Positions 1 to 11,595 are shown, numbered from the stretch's first letter. The stretch is 64,000 bases of DNA from Centroscyllium fabricii (GCA_051313645.2 JBNRSN020000016.1:34410001-34474000), one strand, 5' to 3'. Notes: generated by a model from the sequence alone, not told the origin. Made by a program: numbers and translations.

Positions 1-650
1 ACCTTGTTAAGGGCCCTTAATTGGCATCTTTAATGCCATTTTAAGGGCCCTCAGCCATTGTGCCGTGTTTTCCGCCCTAACCCCGCCACCCTAAACCCCG
101 CTGGGTTTCACAGCACTGGTTTTTCCTTTTGGACTATAATCTGGTGTTGTGTGACTTCTTAAATTTATTACTTTCTCCTTTAAGGTGTGAAGGACATGCT
201 GCCAAATGCTTGGCATGCCTCCAGCACCTTAGAGGAGATAGTAACTCTGTTCTGGCTTCAGCATCAGCTGTGAACAGAAACTGAGCAATCTCAGTTTTCA
301 CCATGTCCTCACAGCCGGTGCCGAGCTGTGAGGGATTCTGAGCCCGCCCGCCCACCTGTCAGTCACCAGCACTTGGCCTTTCCCATTGGCTCCACTCCAC
401 TGTGATGTCACAGTGGAGTGTTGCCATGGGAACTGACAACAACCAGTGCTGGAACTGTCAATGAAAGTGCTCGCAGCTCCGCTACAGCCCGACTCGATTG
501 ACCTAATTACCTCCCGCTGCCGCCGATGGGGATTTAACAACCTCATTAAATTAAAATTGCATGGGCTTCCCAGCTGTTTGGGCGGGCGGGACCAGAAGCC
601 GCCCAGACCAATCCCTGCCAGGTTCCCGCCCTTCCGGAAAAATCATCCCC
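1..650. mobile_element. PIF/Harbinger-type MITE, family A (left end outside window)
   Basis: Clearly homologous to 33022-33816, 40946-41738 and 55448-56499. Ends in GAAAATCATCCCC. Contains a 28-bp near-palindrome at 393-420 and a short Penelope-terminus fragment at about 130-160. Confidence 0.7.
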
Positions 651-1019
651 TTCGTGTCTGTTTTCACCCTTTGGCCAAAATACTCTCCGCTGGAGTTTTC
701 CTTTTCATCCTTTATACATCTCTCAAGATTGCCCATCATTTGTGATTAATGAACCCAGTTAGATGAATTCTTGTACTTTTTCAGTGCATTTTCTTCATAC
801 GGTGACCTCTGACACTTGCCCTTAAGAATACTAATTGCCCTTCTTATTATCACATGTGAGCACCATTCCCTGAATGATGGGTAGATTCTTATTGACTTTA
901 TTGGGCGTGAAAAGGAAAAACAAAGCTAAATTTTACATACATGAGGCATGGTGGATTTTGTGCTGTTGGGGCTGGGGAGGTAGGGGGCATTTTAAGGAGG
1001 TCAACAGAACTGGTTGTAC

Positions 1020-1720
1020 AAAAGCAAAATACTGTGGATGCTGGGAATCTGAAATAAAAACAGAAAATGCTGGAAATACTCAGCAGGTCAGGCAGCATCT
1101 GTGGAGACAGAAACAGAGTGAACGTTTCAGGTCGATGACCCTTTGTCAGAATTGGAAAAAGTTCGAGATGTAAAAGGTTTTTAAGCAAGTGTAGGGGCAG
1201 GGGGAGGGGAGGAGAGGAACAAACTAAAGGGAAGGTCTGTGATAGGATGGAAGGCAGGAGAGTTTAAGAGACAAAACGGATAATGGTGCAAGACAAAAGG
1301 AGATGGTAATGGGACAAGTTAAGAAACAAAAGATGAGTCTAGATGAAGTCTAAATGGCAATGGCAGAATCATCAACAGCTGCCATGTGAAAAAGAATAAG
1401 GGCAGAGGTTATGGTCTGAAATTGTTGAACTTGATGTTGAGTCCAGAAGGCTGTAAAGTGCCTAATCGAGGTGCTGTTCCTCGAACTTACGTTGAGCTTC
1501 ATTGGAACAGTGTAAGAGGCCGAGGACGGAGAGGTCTGAGTGGGAGTGGAGCGGAGAATTAAAGTGACAGGTGACCAGAAGCTCTGGGTCACCCTTATGG
1601 ACTGAACGGTGGTGTTCCGCAAAGTGATCACCAATCTGCGTTTGGCCTCCCCAATGTAGAGGAGACCGCATCGTGAGCAGCGAATACAGTATACTAAATT
1701 GCAAGAAGTACAAGTAGACA
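1020..1720 (-). mobile_element. Penelope-like element, 3' part with GIY-YIG endonuclease relic
   Basis: ORF 1350-1721 (NLVYCIRCSRCGLLYIGEAKRRL) is frameshifted into ORF 1462-1713 (HFAEHHRS...HFNSPLHS...EEQHL). A 14-bp TSD AGAACTGGTTGTAC lies at 1006-1019 and 1721-1734. Confidence 0.9.
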
Positions 1721-1944
1721 AGAACTGGTTGTACGGTAGAGTTGTTGGGATGGATGAATATACTGGAGTTTTGCTTGATTAACTTTGGGGATCAGAAAGT
1801 AGTTATGCTGGGCTCTTCCTGAGAACATTAGATGGTCCACTGTAGAGGAGATTGTACATGGTCTGTGAACAGAGAAAGCTTGATGAGCATCCTTATGTTT
1901 GTAGTAATAGTTGTGACCTGCAGTTTCTGATTGATTGCACTGTT

Positions 1945-2345
1945 TTTTTCGGCGCAATTCCCCAAATATCGGCGTAACCGGTGCAAAAGATCGCGGAATT
2001 TTTAATCACAAATAGCGTTCAGCACAACTCAAGTTTTAAAAACATGCAAGCCCTGCCCTCAAAACTGTCCATGCCCTGGGAATCAATTAATCACCATTTA
2101 CAGGCCTTCGAGGAGGCTCCAAAAATTAAGCTGGATCTTTTGGGTGCAAGGACACTGATAGGCACGTTTTGAAAGATTTTGAACTTTTAAAAATTTTACT
2201 AAAGAACCCACTACTTTACCCCAATCTAGCTAGAAAATAGTTTCGTATATTTTTAAAAAGTCATTTTCAGTTATTTAAAATCGGGATACTCACAGGCGGT
2301 GGATTCACACTGTGATTTAAAATAATTAATTCAACTCCAAGCTTA
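1945..2345. mobile_element. Fragment of Harbinger-like non-autonomous element, family D
   Basis: Shares blocks (GCACAAGGACACT.ATAGGCAC, AAGTCATTTTCAGTTATTTAAAAT) with 27590-28225. Confidence 0.5.
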
Positions 2346-2414
2346 CTTTTGTTCCTCAATTTGTGGGGCAGTTGAGCCAACCACTTTAAGATGATTAACC
2401 TTTGTCTTCATAGT

Positions 2415-2559
2415 CTTCTTCTTATCGTGTCTTCTTTCGAAGTGGTGGATGGAGTTTTTAACAGACCGGTTAACGGTCTGCTTTTTGACCGCGCGTTAGC
2501 GCCTCCTCCGTGGTCACTGCCTGCTATTGCACCTGGTCTTCCCCGATGGTCTCCCATCC

Positions 2560-2592
<33 letters not shown>

Positions 2593-2637
2593 CGAGGTCG
2601 ATTTGGGATCGGGCGTTCTAGACTAGCAGGCCGGGAC
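2415..2637 (-). mobile_element. 5S rRNA-derived SINE (SINE3 type) with (AAG)n tail
   Basis: The minus strand reads GTCCCGGCC...CCCGATC...CTCGGAAGCTAAGCAGAGTCAGGCCTGGTCAGTACTTGGATGGGAGACC (5S box A, IE and box C), then about 100 nt of body, then GACACGATAAGAAGAAG. An 11-bp TSD GTCTTCATAGT lies at 2404-2414 and 2638-2648. Confidence 0.88.
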
Positions 2638-2677
2638 GTCTTCATAGTAATTGTACAGCAGTGATGTAAAAACCTTA

Positions 2678-3010
2678 AAGTTTCAAGTTTCAAGTTTACT
2701 TTATTTGTCGCACACATCATTATACATGTACAAAGTGCAGTGAAATGCTTAGTCGCAAGCTCCATGTCTGTGCTCTCCGGATAACAATAAATACAAATAA
2801 TAAATTAGCAATTATAAGAAGAAAAGGCATTCAATCGTCAGTATGCCGACCCTTGGTAGCGTCTTCATTTAGGATCCGGATGGCTTGGGGATCAAAGCTC
2901 CTCCTGAGCCTCTCTGTGTTTGTCTTAATGATGCGGTAGCGTTTTCCTGACCGCAGCAGTGAGAAGAGGCCGTTGTTCGGGTGACTAGGATCCTTAATGC
3001 TGCTCTTTGA
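2678..3010 (-). mobile_element. Rex1/Babar LINE 3' fragment (second family)
   Basis: ORF 2831-3052 reads IKDPSHPNNGLFSLLRSGKRYR...SFDPQAIRILN. Tail of (TTGAAAC)n. Confidence 0.8.
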
Positions 3011-3191
3011 TGGTGTAAGGATGGCATATACAACACTCTGGTGATTGGACATTTAAAAAAATATCTAGAGAAATTCAAAATTCGTTTTGTTCTTTTGGTT
3101 AAACAATGTTTGCAATTTAATGTGGCTACATGTGTGGTACTGTAATACACTTAATGGCAAGAAGCTGGAGGGCGTGGATGAACAGAAAGAC

Positions 3192-6100
3192 AATTCAATT
3201 CAATTCAATTCAAGTTTTATTGTCATTGCAGAGTACTAGTACAATACAACGAGATGAAGACTCGACGCTCCCGAGAGTAGTGCAAATAAATTACATGCAA
3301 ATTGCATACAGTAAAGTACATTATCAGGCGTGCAGGTACCGGAGTTTATTTTTAGAGTTCGGGAGGCTGACAGCCCTGGTGAAGAAGCTGTTCTGAAATC
3401 TAGTCGTGCGGGTGCGGATTGATCTGTAGCGTCTCCCGGAGGGCAGGGGGGCGAACAGACTGTGGCTGGGGTGTGTGGGGTCTTTAATAATGTTCAGAGA
3501 CCTCCGTAGGCAGCGTTTGAGGTAGATGTTTTCAATTAACGGTAGCTGGGTACCGGTGATTCGTTGGGCAGTTTTGACTACCCGCTGCAGGGTCTTCCGG
3601 TCCGAGATGGTGCAATTTCCATACCAGATTGTGATGCAGCTTGTCAGTATGCTTTCGATTGTGCAGCGGTAGAAGTTGGAGAGGATGCCGCATGACAGCC
3701 TGGCTTTTTTCAGCTTCCTTAGGAAGTACAGGCGCTGTTGGGTCTTCTTAACCAGAGAGGAGGTGTTTAGTGACCAGGAGAGGTCTTCTGAGATGTGGAC
3801 CCCGAGGAACTTCATAGAATCATAGAATCATAGAAATTTTACAGTGCGAATAAGGGCCATTCGGCCCATCCAGTCCGCACCGGCCCAGGAAACTCCTCGC
3901 TATACTAACCCCATTTGCCCGCACCTGGCCCATAACCCTGTATGTTATGGTCCTTCATGTGCTGGTCCAAATATTTTTTAAATGTTGCGATGGTTTCTGT
4001 TTCCACCACCCTTACAGGCAGGGAGTTCCAGACTTCCACCACCCTCTGGGTAAAGAAATTTCTCCTTACCTCCCCCCTAAACCTCCCCCCCCTAATCTTG
4101 AATCTATGTCCCCTGGTACTTGACTCTCCCACCAATGGAAACAATGCCCCTTTATCTACCCTATCGTGTCCTCTCATGATCTTGTAGACCTCAATCATGT
4201 CACCCCTCCACCTTCTCTTCTCTAGGGCAAATAACCCCAGCCTGTCCAGCCTCTCTTCGTAGCATAAGTCCCCCAGACCAGGTATCATCCTGGTAAACCT
4301 TCTCTGCACCCTTTCCAGGGCAACCACGTCCTTCCTGAAGTGCGGTGACCAGAACTGCACACAGTACTCCAGCTGGGGTCTCACCAGTGTATTATACAAG
4401 TTTAACATTACCTCCCTACTTTTGTATACTATGCCCTGGTTAATAAAGGCCAGAATTCCGTATGCCTTCTTAACCACCTTGTTAACGTGTCCAGCAACCT
4501 TCAGGGAGCTGTGCACCTGTACCCCTAGGTCCCTCTGTTCCTCGGTCCTATTTAACGTTTTGTTGTTCATGGTATATTCCCTTACCCCATTTGGTCTACC
4601 GAATTGAATGACCTCGCATTTCTCTGGGTTGAACTCCATTTGCCATTTTTCTGCCCAATTAACCATTAGATCTATATCCTCCTGAAGCCCCTTACTATCC
4701 TCATCGTTGTTTATCACCCTTCCGATTTTCGTATCATCAGCGAATTTGCTGATCATACCCCCTACTCCCATATCCAGGTCGTTGATGTATACTAGAAACA
4801 GTAAGGGTCCCAAAACTGATCCCTGGGGGACACCACTGGTTACTGGTTTCCAGTCACAGAAACAGCCCTCTACCATTACCCTTTGTCTCCTATCCCCCAG
4901 CCAATTTTCGATCCACTGTGCCAAGTTGCCCTGAATCCCGTGCGCTCTAACCTTTGTTATTAGTCTTCTATGTGGGACTTTATCAAAAGCTTTGCTAAAG
5001 TCCATATACACTACGTCCACAGTACTCCCTTCATCCACCCTCTTAGTTACCTCCTCAAAGAATTCCAACAGGTTAGTCAGGCACGACTTACCTTTGACGA
5101 AGCCATGCTGACTGTCCCTTATGAGACCTTGTTTGTCCAAATGCGAGCTGATTTTGTCCCTCAGTATTTTTTCCATTACTTTCCCTACTACAGATGTAAG
5201 ACTGATTGGCCTATAGTTACCCGGTTTGTCCCTACTACCCTTTTTAAACAGGGGTACTACATTAGCCGTTCTCCAGTCCTCAGGTACATCCCCTGACACG
5301 AGAGAGGTCCTGAAGATTTGAGACAGGGGGCCCGCAAGCTCTTCCCTGGCCTCGAACAGCAGCCTGGGGAACATTGCGTCCGGCCCTGGTGATTTGTCCA
5401 CCTTTAAGCCTCCCAAGATTTCTAAAACTTCTTCCCTTGTAGTGGTAATATCCTTGATTACCCCCCCTACACTCTGCCCGATTTCGATGTCGGTATCGTC
5501 CCTCTCTCTTGTGAAAACTGAAGAGAAGAATTCATTTAGTACCTCCCCCACCTCCTCAGGCTCGACGCACAGCTTTCCGCTATCGTCCTTAATGGGCCCC
5601 ACTCTTTCCCTCGTGATCCTTTTGGTTTTTATATAACCATAAAAAGCCTTAGGGTTTTCCTTGATTTTACTGGCCATTGTAATCTCATGACCTCTCTTGG
5701 CTTTTCTTATCTCCTTCTTTAAATCACCCCTATATTTCTTATACTCCCCTAGTGCCTCCTCGGTTTTTAGCCGTTTATATTCATTGAAAGCCCCCCTTTT
5801 TTTCTTCATTAATTTACATATATCCCTAGACATCCAAGGTTCCCTTTGTTTGCCTCCCCCACCCTTAATTTTTGCAGGAACATGTTCCTCCTGTATCTTC
5901 CCGACTTCCCTTCTGAAGGCCTCCCACTGCTCTGATGCAGATCTTCCTCTGAGAAGATGGCCCCAGTCTACTGCGGCTAAATCGTTCCTAATTTTATTGA
6001 AATCCGCCTTCCCCCAGTTTAGTACTTTTACCCCTGGTCCATTTTTATCTTTCTCCATTACAATTTTGAAACTAACTGAAGCTGGACACCCTTTCCACCT

Positions 6101-6580
6101 CAGCCCCTTGGATGAAGATGGGGGTGTGTCTTCTGCTTTCAGTCCTCCGGAAGTCCACTATGATCTACTTAGTTTTCTTGGTGTTCAGTGCCAGGTTGTT
6201 GTCGGCACACCATCCCACAAGGCGCTGGATCTCATCCCTGTAGGCTGACTCATCGTTGTTGGTGATCTGGCCAACCACCGTGGTGTCGTCCGCAAACTTG
6301 ATGATCGTGTTGGAGCCATGGACAGCCACACAGTCGTGAGTGAAGAGGGAGTAGAGGAGGGGGCTCAACACACAGCCTTGTGGGGCCCCCGTGTTCAGGG
6401 TAAGGTGGGGGAGGAGGTGAGGTTGCCTAACTTCACAGATTGTGGTCTGTTGGTTAGGAAGTCCAGGGTCCAGTTGCAGAGAGAGGTGTTCAGGCCGAGG
6501 GTGAGGAGTTTGGTAGACAATTTGCTGGGGACGATGGTGTTGAATGCTGAACTGTAGTCAATAAACGGCATTCTGATATG
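3192..6580 (-). mobile_element. Rex1/Babar LINE, 5'-truncated, split by a CR1 insertion
   Basis: ORF 3324-3815 ([13 protein letters not shown]...[12 protein letters not shown]) and ORF 6165-6371 (IIKFADDTTVVG) are colinear with 22866-24302. (TTGAA)n tail at about 3192-3212. Flanked on both sides by an older plus-strand CR1 fragment (about 3145-3190 and 6600-6740). Confidence 0.9.
3905..6058 (-). CDS. CR1 LINE ORF2, 5'-truncated (reverse transcriptase; endonuclease mostly missing); element spans about 3813-6079
   Basis: Uninterrupted 717-aa ORF with [44 protein letters not shown] and C-terminal RGHRF..RRNFFTQRVV..WNSLP. (ATTCTATG)n tail at 3813-3835. Confidence 0.95.
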   Translation of the reverse strand: MEKDKNGPGVKVLNWGKADFNKIRNDLAAVDWGHLLRGRSASEQWEAFRREVGKIQEEHVPAKIKGGGGKQREPWMSRDICKLMKKKRGAFNEYKRLKTEEALGEYKKYRGDLKKEIRKAKRGHEITMASKIKENPKAFYGYIKTKRITRERVGPIKDDSGKLCVEPEEVGEVLNEFFSSVFTRERDDTDIEIGQSVGGVIKDITTTREEVLEILGGLKVDKSPGPDAMFPRLLFEAREELAGPLSQIFRTSLVSGDVPEDWRTANVVPLFKKGSRDKPGNYRPISLTSVVGKVMEKILRDKISSHLDKQGLIRDSQHGFVKGKSCLTNLLEFFEEVTKRVDEGSTVDVVYMDFSKAFDKVPHRRLITKVRAHGIQGNLAQWIENWLGDRRQRVMVEGCFCDWKPVTSGVPQGSVLGPLLFLVYINDLDMGVGGMISKFADDTKIGRVINNDEDSKGLQEDIDLMVNWAEKWQMEFNPEKCEVIQFGRPNGVREYTMNNKTLNRTEEQRDLGVQVHSSLKVAGHVNKVVKKAYGILAFINQGIVYKSREVMLNLYNTLVRPQLEYCVQFWSPHFRKDVVALERVQRRFTRMIPGLGDLCYEERLDRLGLFALEKRRWRGDMIEVYKIMRGHDRVDKGALFPLVGESSTRGHRFKIRGGRFRGEVRRNFFTQRVVEVWNSLPVRVVETETIATFKKYLDQHMKDHNIQGYGPGAGKWG

Positions 6581-6822
6581 TTTGAATAACTAATCCCCAG
6601 GATGTGTGAGTACAGATAGATAAAGTAATAATAGACGTCAACAGCATTTTGGGTTTAATGAATAGAGGCATGGAGTACAAGAGTAAGAAGTAATGATATA
6701 TTTGTATGACACATTGGTTAGACTACAGTTAGAGTACGATGACTTCACATTTTTCTCCCACACTCACCGCCTGTGAGTATCCCGAGTTTAAATAACTGAG
6801 TGCTTGGATAAGAACGGTAATA

Positions 6823-7418
6823 CAGGTTGAGCTTCATTAATCCGGCACGGTCGGGACCAGGACCGTGCCCAATTTTTGAAAAATCCGAATGATTGAAGTT
6901 CACCGAGCGCATGTGCAGACCATTCAAAATGGCCACGGAGGCCATATTGTGCATGCGCAGACCAATCGGGGAGGCCCGGACATGCGCAGCCATGCGCGGT
7001 GTCTGCACATGCCGGGGCCTCCCCGATTGGACTGTGCATGCACTGCCACATGCGGCGGCCATATTGTGCATGCGCAGGCCAATCGGGGAGGCCCAGACAT
7101 GTGCAGCCCCATGTGGCGACCATTTTGTGCATGCACAAGGCAGTCGGACAGAGGCCTGGCCATGCCCAGCCACATGCAGTGGCCATTTTGCGCATGCACA
7201 AACCAGTTGGGCAGTCGGGCAGAGGCCTGGGCATGCACAGCCATGCGCGGTGGCCATTTTGCACATGCACAGACCAGTCAGGCAGTCGGGCAGAGGCCTG
7301 GGCATGCACAGCCAAGCGCAGTGGCCATTTTGCGCATGCGCGCACCAGTCGGCCAGATTCGTGCCGGACGTTTGAAGTTGCCGGACAAACGGTGTCCCGA
7401 TTAACGGTGCTCAACCTA
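6823..7418. mobile_element. Tc1/mariner (Tigger/pogo-like) MITE with internal repeats of about 60 bp
   Basis: TA|CAGGTTGAGC...GCTCAACCTA|TA. Related to 39013-39452. Confidence 0.8.
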
Positions 7419-7903
7419 TATTTAAATACAAGTCCTTTCCTTCATTTAGATAAAGTCAGATTTTCCGAGATGTGCATCAGGAAGACAAGGAAGATGGATA
7501 TTTGCTCTTTAAGCTGCATCATATCTGTTTCAGCGCCATGTCAAGTTAATAAATCTATTTTGCACAATGTTACGCATTGTCTGCTGCAGCTCTATTCTAT
7601 TTATCAAACGTATGAATTTAAAAATTGTATTTGCTTGTTTTAGCCACAGAACACCATGAGAAATATGACCTTGTCATTATCACATTAGCAGTGACTATAA
7701 ATAAATATCTAAAATATCTTTTGTGGCATGACCCTATCTGTAATCCAGATCATATTTTTCTTAAATCATGCCTCCGTTTCATTTTAAGTAGAATTTTCAA
7801 CATTGAAAAGTTTTGCAAAATAAAAAGGTCTTCAGACACAAGTCTCCATCTATTTGATCTCTTCAATTGTAATGCTCCTGGGGTCAGGGGTCACCAAAAC
7901 ATG

Positions 7904-8340
7904 CAACAACAAAAATGTTATTTATATAACGCCTTTAATGTAGTAAAACATCCCAAGGCACTTCACAGGAGTGTTAGCAAACAAAATTTGACACCGAGCC
8001 ACACAAGGAGATATTAGGAGAGATGACCAAACGCTTGGTCAAAGAGGTCGGTTTTAAGGAGCATTTTAAAGGAGGAGAGAGAGGTGGAGAGGTTTATGGA
8101 GGGAATTCCAGAGCTTAGGCCTCGGCCGTTGAAGGCACGGCCGCCAATGGCGGTGCAATGAAAATCGAGGATGCACAAGAGGCCAGAATTGGAGGAGCGT
8201 AGAGATCTTGGAGGGTTGCAGAGCTAGAGGAGGTTACAGCGATAGGGAGGGTCGAGGTCTTGAAGAGATTTGAAAACATGGATGAGATTTTAAAATCGAG
8301 GAACCAATGTAGGTCAGCGAGCGCAGGGGTGATGGGTGAA
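7904..8340 (-). mobile_element. L2 LINE 3' fragment
   Basis: (TTG)n tail and TATATAAC.CCTTTAATGTAGTAAAA end. Homologous to 9975-10698. Confidence 0.75.
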
Positions 8341-8367
8341 ATGCAGGCAATTGGTTGCCATATTTAC

Positions 8368-8667
8368 TGTGGTAACCGTTATATGTACTCTTTTACCACC
8401 ATAATATTGTTGCCCAATATTAATCTGTATGTATAGCGGCCGGGTGCATGATACACTGCTTTGTATTGCGACACTGTCGCGGGGTCAGGTCAGCCACACC
8501 TCTAACTCCTCCCCTCAGGTGAGTGCCTTATAGGTGGGGTCTGACCTGCCCCCATCCATTCTGTACCTGATGTTCGATCGGAGCGTAGCTCCTTTGTAAG
8601 CTAATAAAAGCCTTTAGTTGAGGTAACTACGCGTCTTTGGTTTTATTAGACTATTGACGATACGTCA
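8368..8667 (+). mobile_element. Solo LTR
   Basis: TG...CA termini, 5-bp TSD TTTAC (8363-8367 and 8668-8672), AATAAA near 8604. Confidence 0.75.
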
Positions 8668-8875
8668 TTTACTTATGGATATCTGCCCATTTTAGACAAA
8701 GTGAAAGCTTGTGTTTTCCTGGACAGAAGTACTGACAATAGTGCACCTTTAAATAACCCGATGAGAAGTTAACCTGAATGGAATGTGATATCTCAGGTTT
8801 GCACTGAGCTCGATCAAGTGACTCGCTACAATCACTTTAACGCTTGAAGGGTTTCCTCAGCCAGAGAATAAGTGT

Positions 8876-9000
8876 AATGTGGAGGTGCCAGTGTTGGACT
8901 GGGGTGGACAAATGCAAGAAGTCACACAACACCAGATTATAGTCCAACAGTTTTATTTTAAATCACAAGCTTTCGGAGCGCTGCTCCTTCGTCAAGGTGA
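8876..9000 (-). mobile_element. Penelope-like terminal repeat with minimal hammerhead core
   Basis: The minus strand reads TCACCTTGACGAAGGAGCAGCGCTCCGAAAGCTTGTGA. Same sequence family as 19537-19713 and 35060-35222. Confidence 0.75.
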
Positions 9001-9974
9001 AAGAGAGAGACTGACTTAAAGAACGCACACATGTGATGAAGGAATAAGTGGGAATTGAAAATCAGACTCTGTGTCTGTTTACACCAATCGGATTTGAAGC
9101 ACATTGAATCGCAGCCAGCTGTAAATTGGCATAAGGGCGATGGGAGCCTTTCTACGTGCACTCTGATCTGCATAAGTAACTCCCCACCCCTTTGCACTGG
9201 CAACTTCAATGAGAAACAGCTGTACATTCAGTACCAATGCAAAAGAGGTTAGAAAAACAAAGAAAGAGAACAGCACAGATTTCTTTTTCTATTCATGGGT
9301 TTTCATTTACGCCACTGTGTTCTTTATTTCTCATTGTTCAATCCGCTCCCCCATGCTGTTTCTTGTGAGCAATGTGGTTGACTCTTAATTGCCCACTGAA
9401 ATGGCTCCGCAAGCCACTCAGTTGTATAAGGTGACTCACCACCTCCTGCTCTAGGGCAATTAGGAATTGGCATTAAATGCCGGCTTTGCCAGCAACGCCC
9501 ACATCCTGTGAATGAGTAAAAAAAAAAGATTATGTTAGTGTCACTGCCTGATATCAATCAGTGGTAGTGGCCGTCTTGAATATCAACTCAGCACACATTC
9601 CGTACAGGAAATTATATACCTATTTTATAGACTTTTTATAGACCTTCTGGGGAAGAAATTTGTTTTCGCCAGGAAGGTTTCCGGCGTCACCGGCGACTGG
9701 AGTTAAAGGCCGCTGAAAATGGCCGCAATGCTAACGGGGCAAAAGTCGTTTGGGGTGGGCAGATGGAGATTGTTGGCGCAGCGCTTACCTGCCATGCAAT
9801 GCCATCCTGGTGGCATTGCTGGAGGCATCCGAGGCGAAGTTTGTGTGCAGGTGCGGCGTCGCAGCTTCCCACAGCCTCTGGAAGCGAGGCTGTGAAGCTC
9901 GCAAGGAATTGTGGGCAATGAAGAGGTTTGAGAATTAAAGGGGCCATGCACACTGAAGCAATACAAATTAAAAT

Positions 9975-10698
9975 CAACAACAACAACTTGTATTTATATA
10001 GCACCTTTAATGTAGTAAAATGTTCCAAGGCGCTTCATAGGAGCTTTAGAAAGCAAAATAAAACATTTGACACCAAGCCACATAAGGAAAAATTAGGGCA
10101 GGAAAGAAGTAGGTTTTATGGAGTGTCTGAGAGGAGGAAAGAGAGGTAGAGAGGTGGAGAGGTTTAGGCAGAGAATTCCAGAGCTCAGGACCCAGGCAAC
10201 AGAAGGCACGGCCCCCAATGGTTGAGCGATTATAACCAGGGATGCTCAAGAGGGCAGAATTAGAGGCGTGCACATAGCTCGGGGGTTGTGGGGCTGGAGG
10301 AGATTACAGAGATAGGGAGGGGAGAGGCCTTGGAGTGATTTGAAAACAAGGATGAGAATTTTGAAATTGAGACGTTGCTTAACTGGGAGTCAATGTAGGT
10401 CAGCGAGCACAGGGTTGATGGGCGAACGGGACTTGGTGCAAATTAGAACACGGGCAGCCAAGTTTTGGATCACCTCAAGTTTACGCAGGGTAGAATGTTG
10501 GAGGCCAGCCAGGAATGCATTGGAATAGTCAAGTCTAGAGGTAGCAAAGGCATGGATGAGGGTTTCAGCAGCAGATGAGCTGAGGCAGGGCTGAGATGGG
10601 CGATATTACGGAGGTGGAAATAGGCATCGTTAGTTAGGCTGCAGATATGTGGTCGGAAGCTCATTTCAGGGTCAAATATGACACCAAGTTTGCGAACA
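9975..10698 (-). mobile_element. L2 LINE 3' fragment
   Basis: Peptides LGVIFDPEMSFRPHI...AYFHLRNIA and STIGGRAFCCLGPELWNSLP. (TTG)n tail. Confidence 0.85.
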
Positions 10699-11209
10699 CC
10701 AAGGTCGTCACTGCCAGTGACCAAAGAAGCTTCATGATGAAAATGAAGTGAAACAATGCAGTTTTCAGCCCTTTCTGCCTTTAAAAAACATATTTAACAT
10801 TAGAAAGAAGTCCCAATTATGAATATTCAGCTCTTGAAGCTGAATTCCCTTCCTAACCTCAAAAAATGGGAAAACTGCCTCAGCACTAGCACAAGTGGCT
10901 CAGCAAGCCAGGGAAGGGACACCAGGGTCTCGCACGCAGCGCTCCATATTTGTGCAGGGGGTCAACATTGCAAGATAGATCCTCTACCCACAGGGGCCAG
11001 GGGGTCCTCCAGAAAGAACAATGTGGAACCACATCACTAAGGCCATCACTGCCAGCAGTGTCGCCCCCACCACTTGGCTCCAGTGCTCAAAGAAGCTTCA
11101 TGAGCTCAGACCACTGGTCAAGGTCAGTGACTGCATCTTCCAAAACCGTCTCATACCAGCTGCACCACTAGCCTCACACACTGCTCAATGCATGATCTCC
11201 AATCACTTA

Positions 11210-11595
11210 CATAGAAACATAGAAACTAGGAGCAGGAGTAGGCCATTCGGCCCTTTGAGCCCGCTCCGCCATTCAATGAGATCATGGCTGATCATCCAAA
11301 CCCAGTACCCCGCCCCTGCCCTCTCCCCATATCGCTATCGAGCCTGCACTGACACATATCCCACCCTATCCCCGTAACCCCACATATTCAATCCCCCTAA
11401 CACTAAGGGTTAATTTATCATGGCCAATCAACCTAACCCGCACATCTTTGGACTGTGGGAGGAAACCGGAGCACCCGGAGGAAACCCACGCAGACACGGG
11501 GAGAATGTGCAAACTCCACACAGATAGTACCCGAGGCTGGATTTGAACCCAGGTCTCCAGAGCTGTGAGGCAACAGTGCTAACCAATGTGCCACC
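11210..11595 (-). mobile_element. V-SINE (HE1-like), long CR1-derived tail
   Basis: tRNA-like head, V-domain GGAGTTTGCACATTCTCCCCGTGTCTGCGTGGGTTTCCTCCGG and (ATGTTTCT)n end. Confidence 0.9.

Noticed and set aside
2515-2637. Functional 5S rRNA gene
   Set aside because: Diverged 5' stem, no T-run terminator, extra body and a TSD, so it is a SINE.
6745-7643. Overlapping 100-214 aa Cys/His/Ala-rich ORFs
   Set aside because: By-product of GC-rich tandem repeats inside a MITE; open on both strands.
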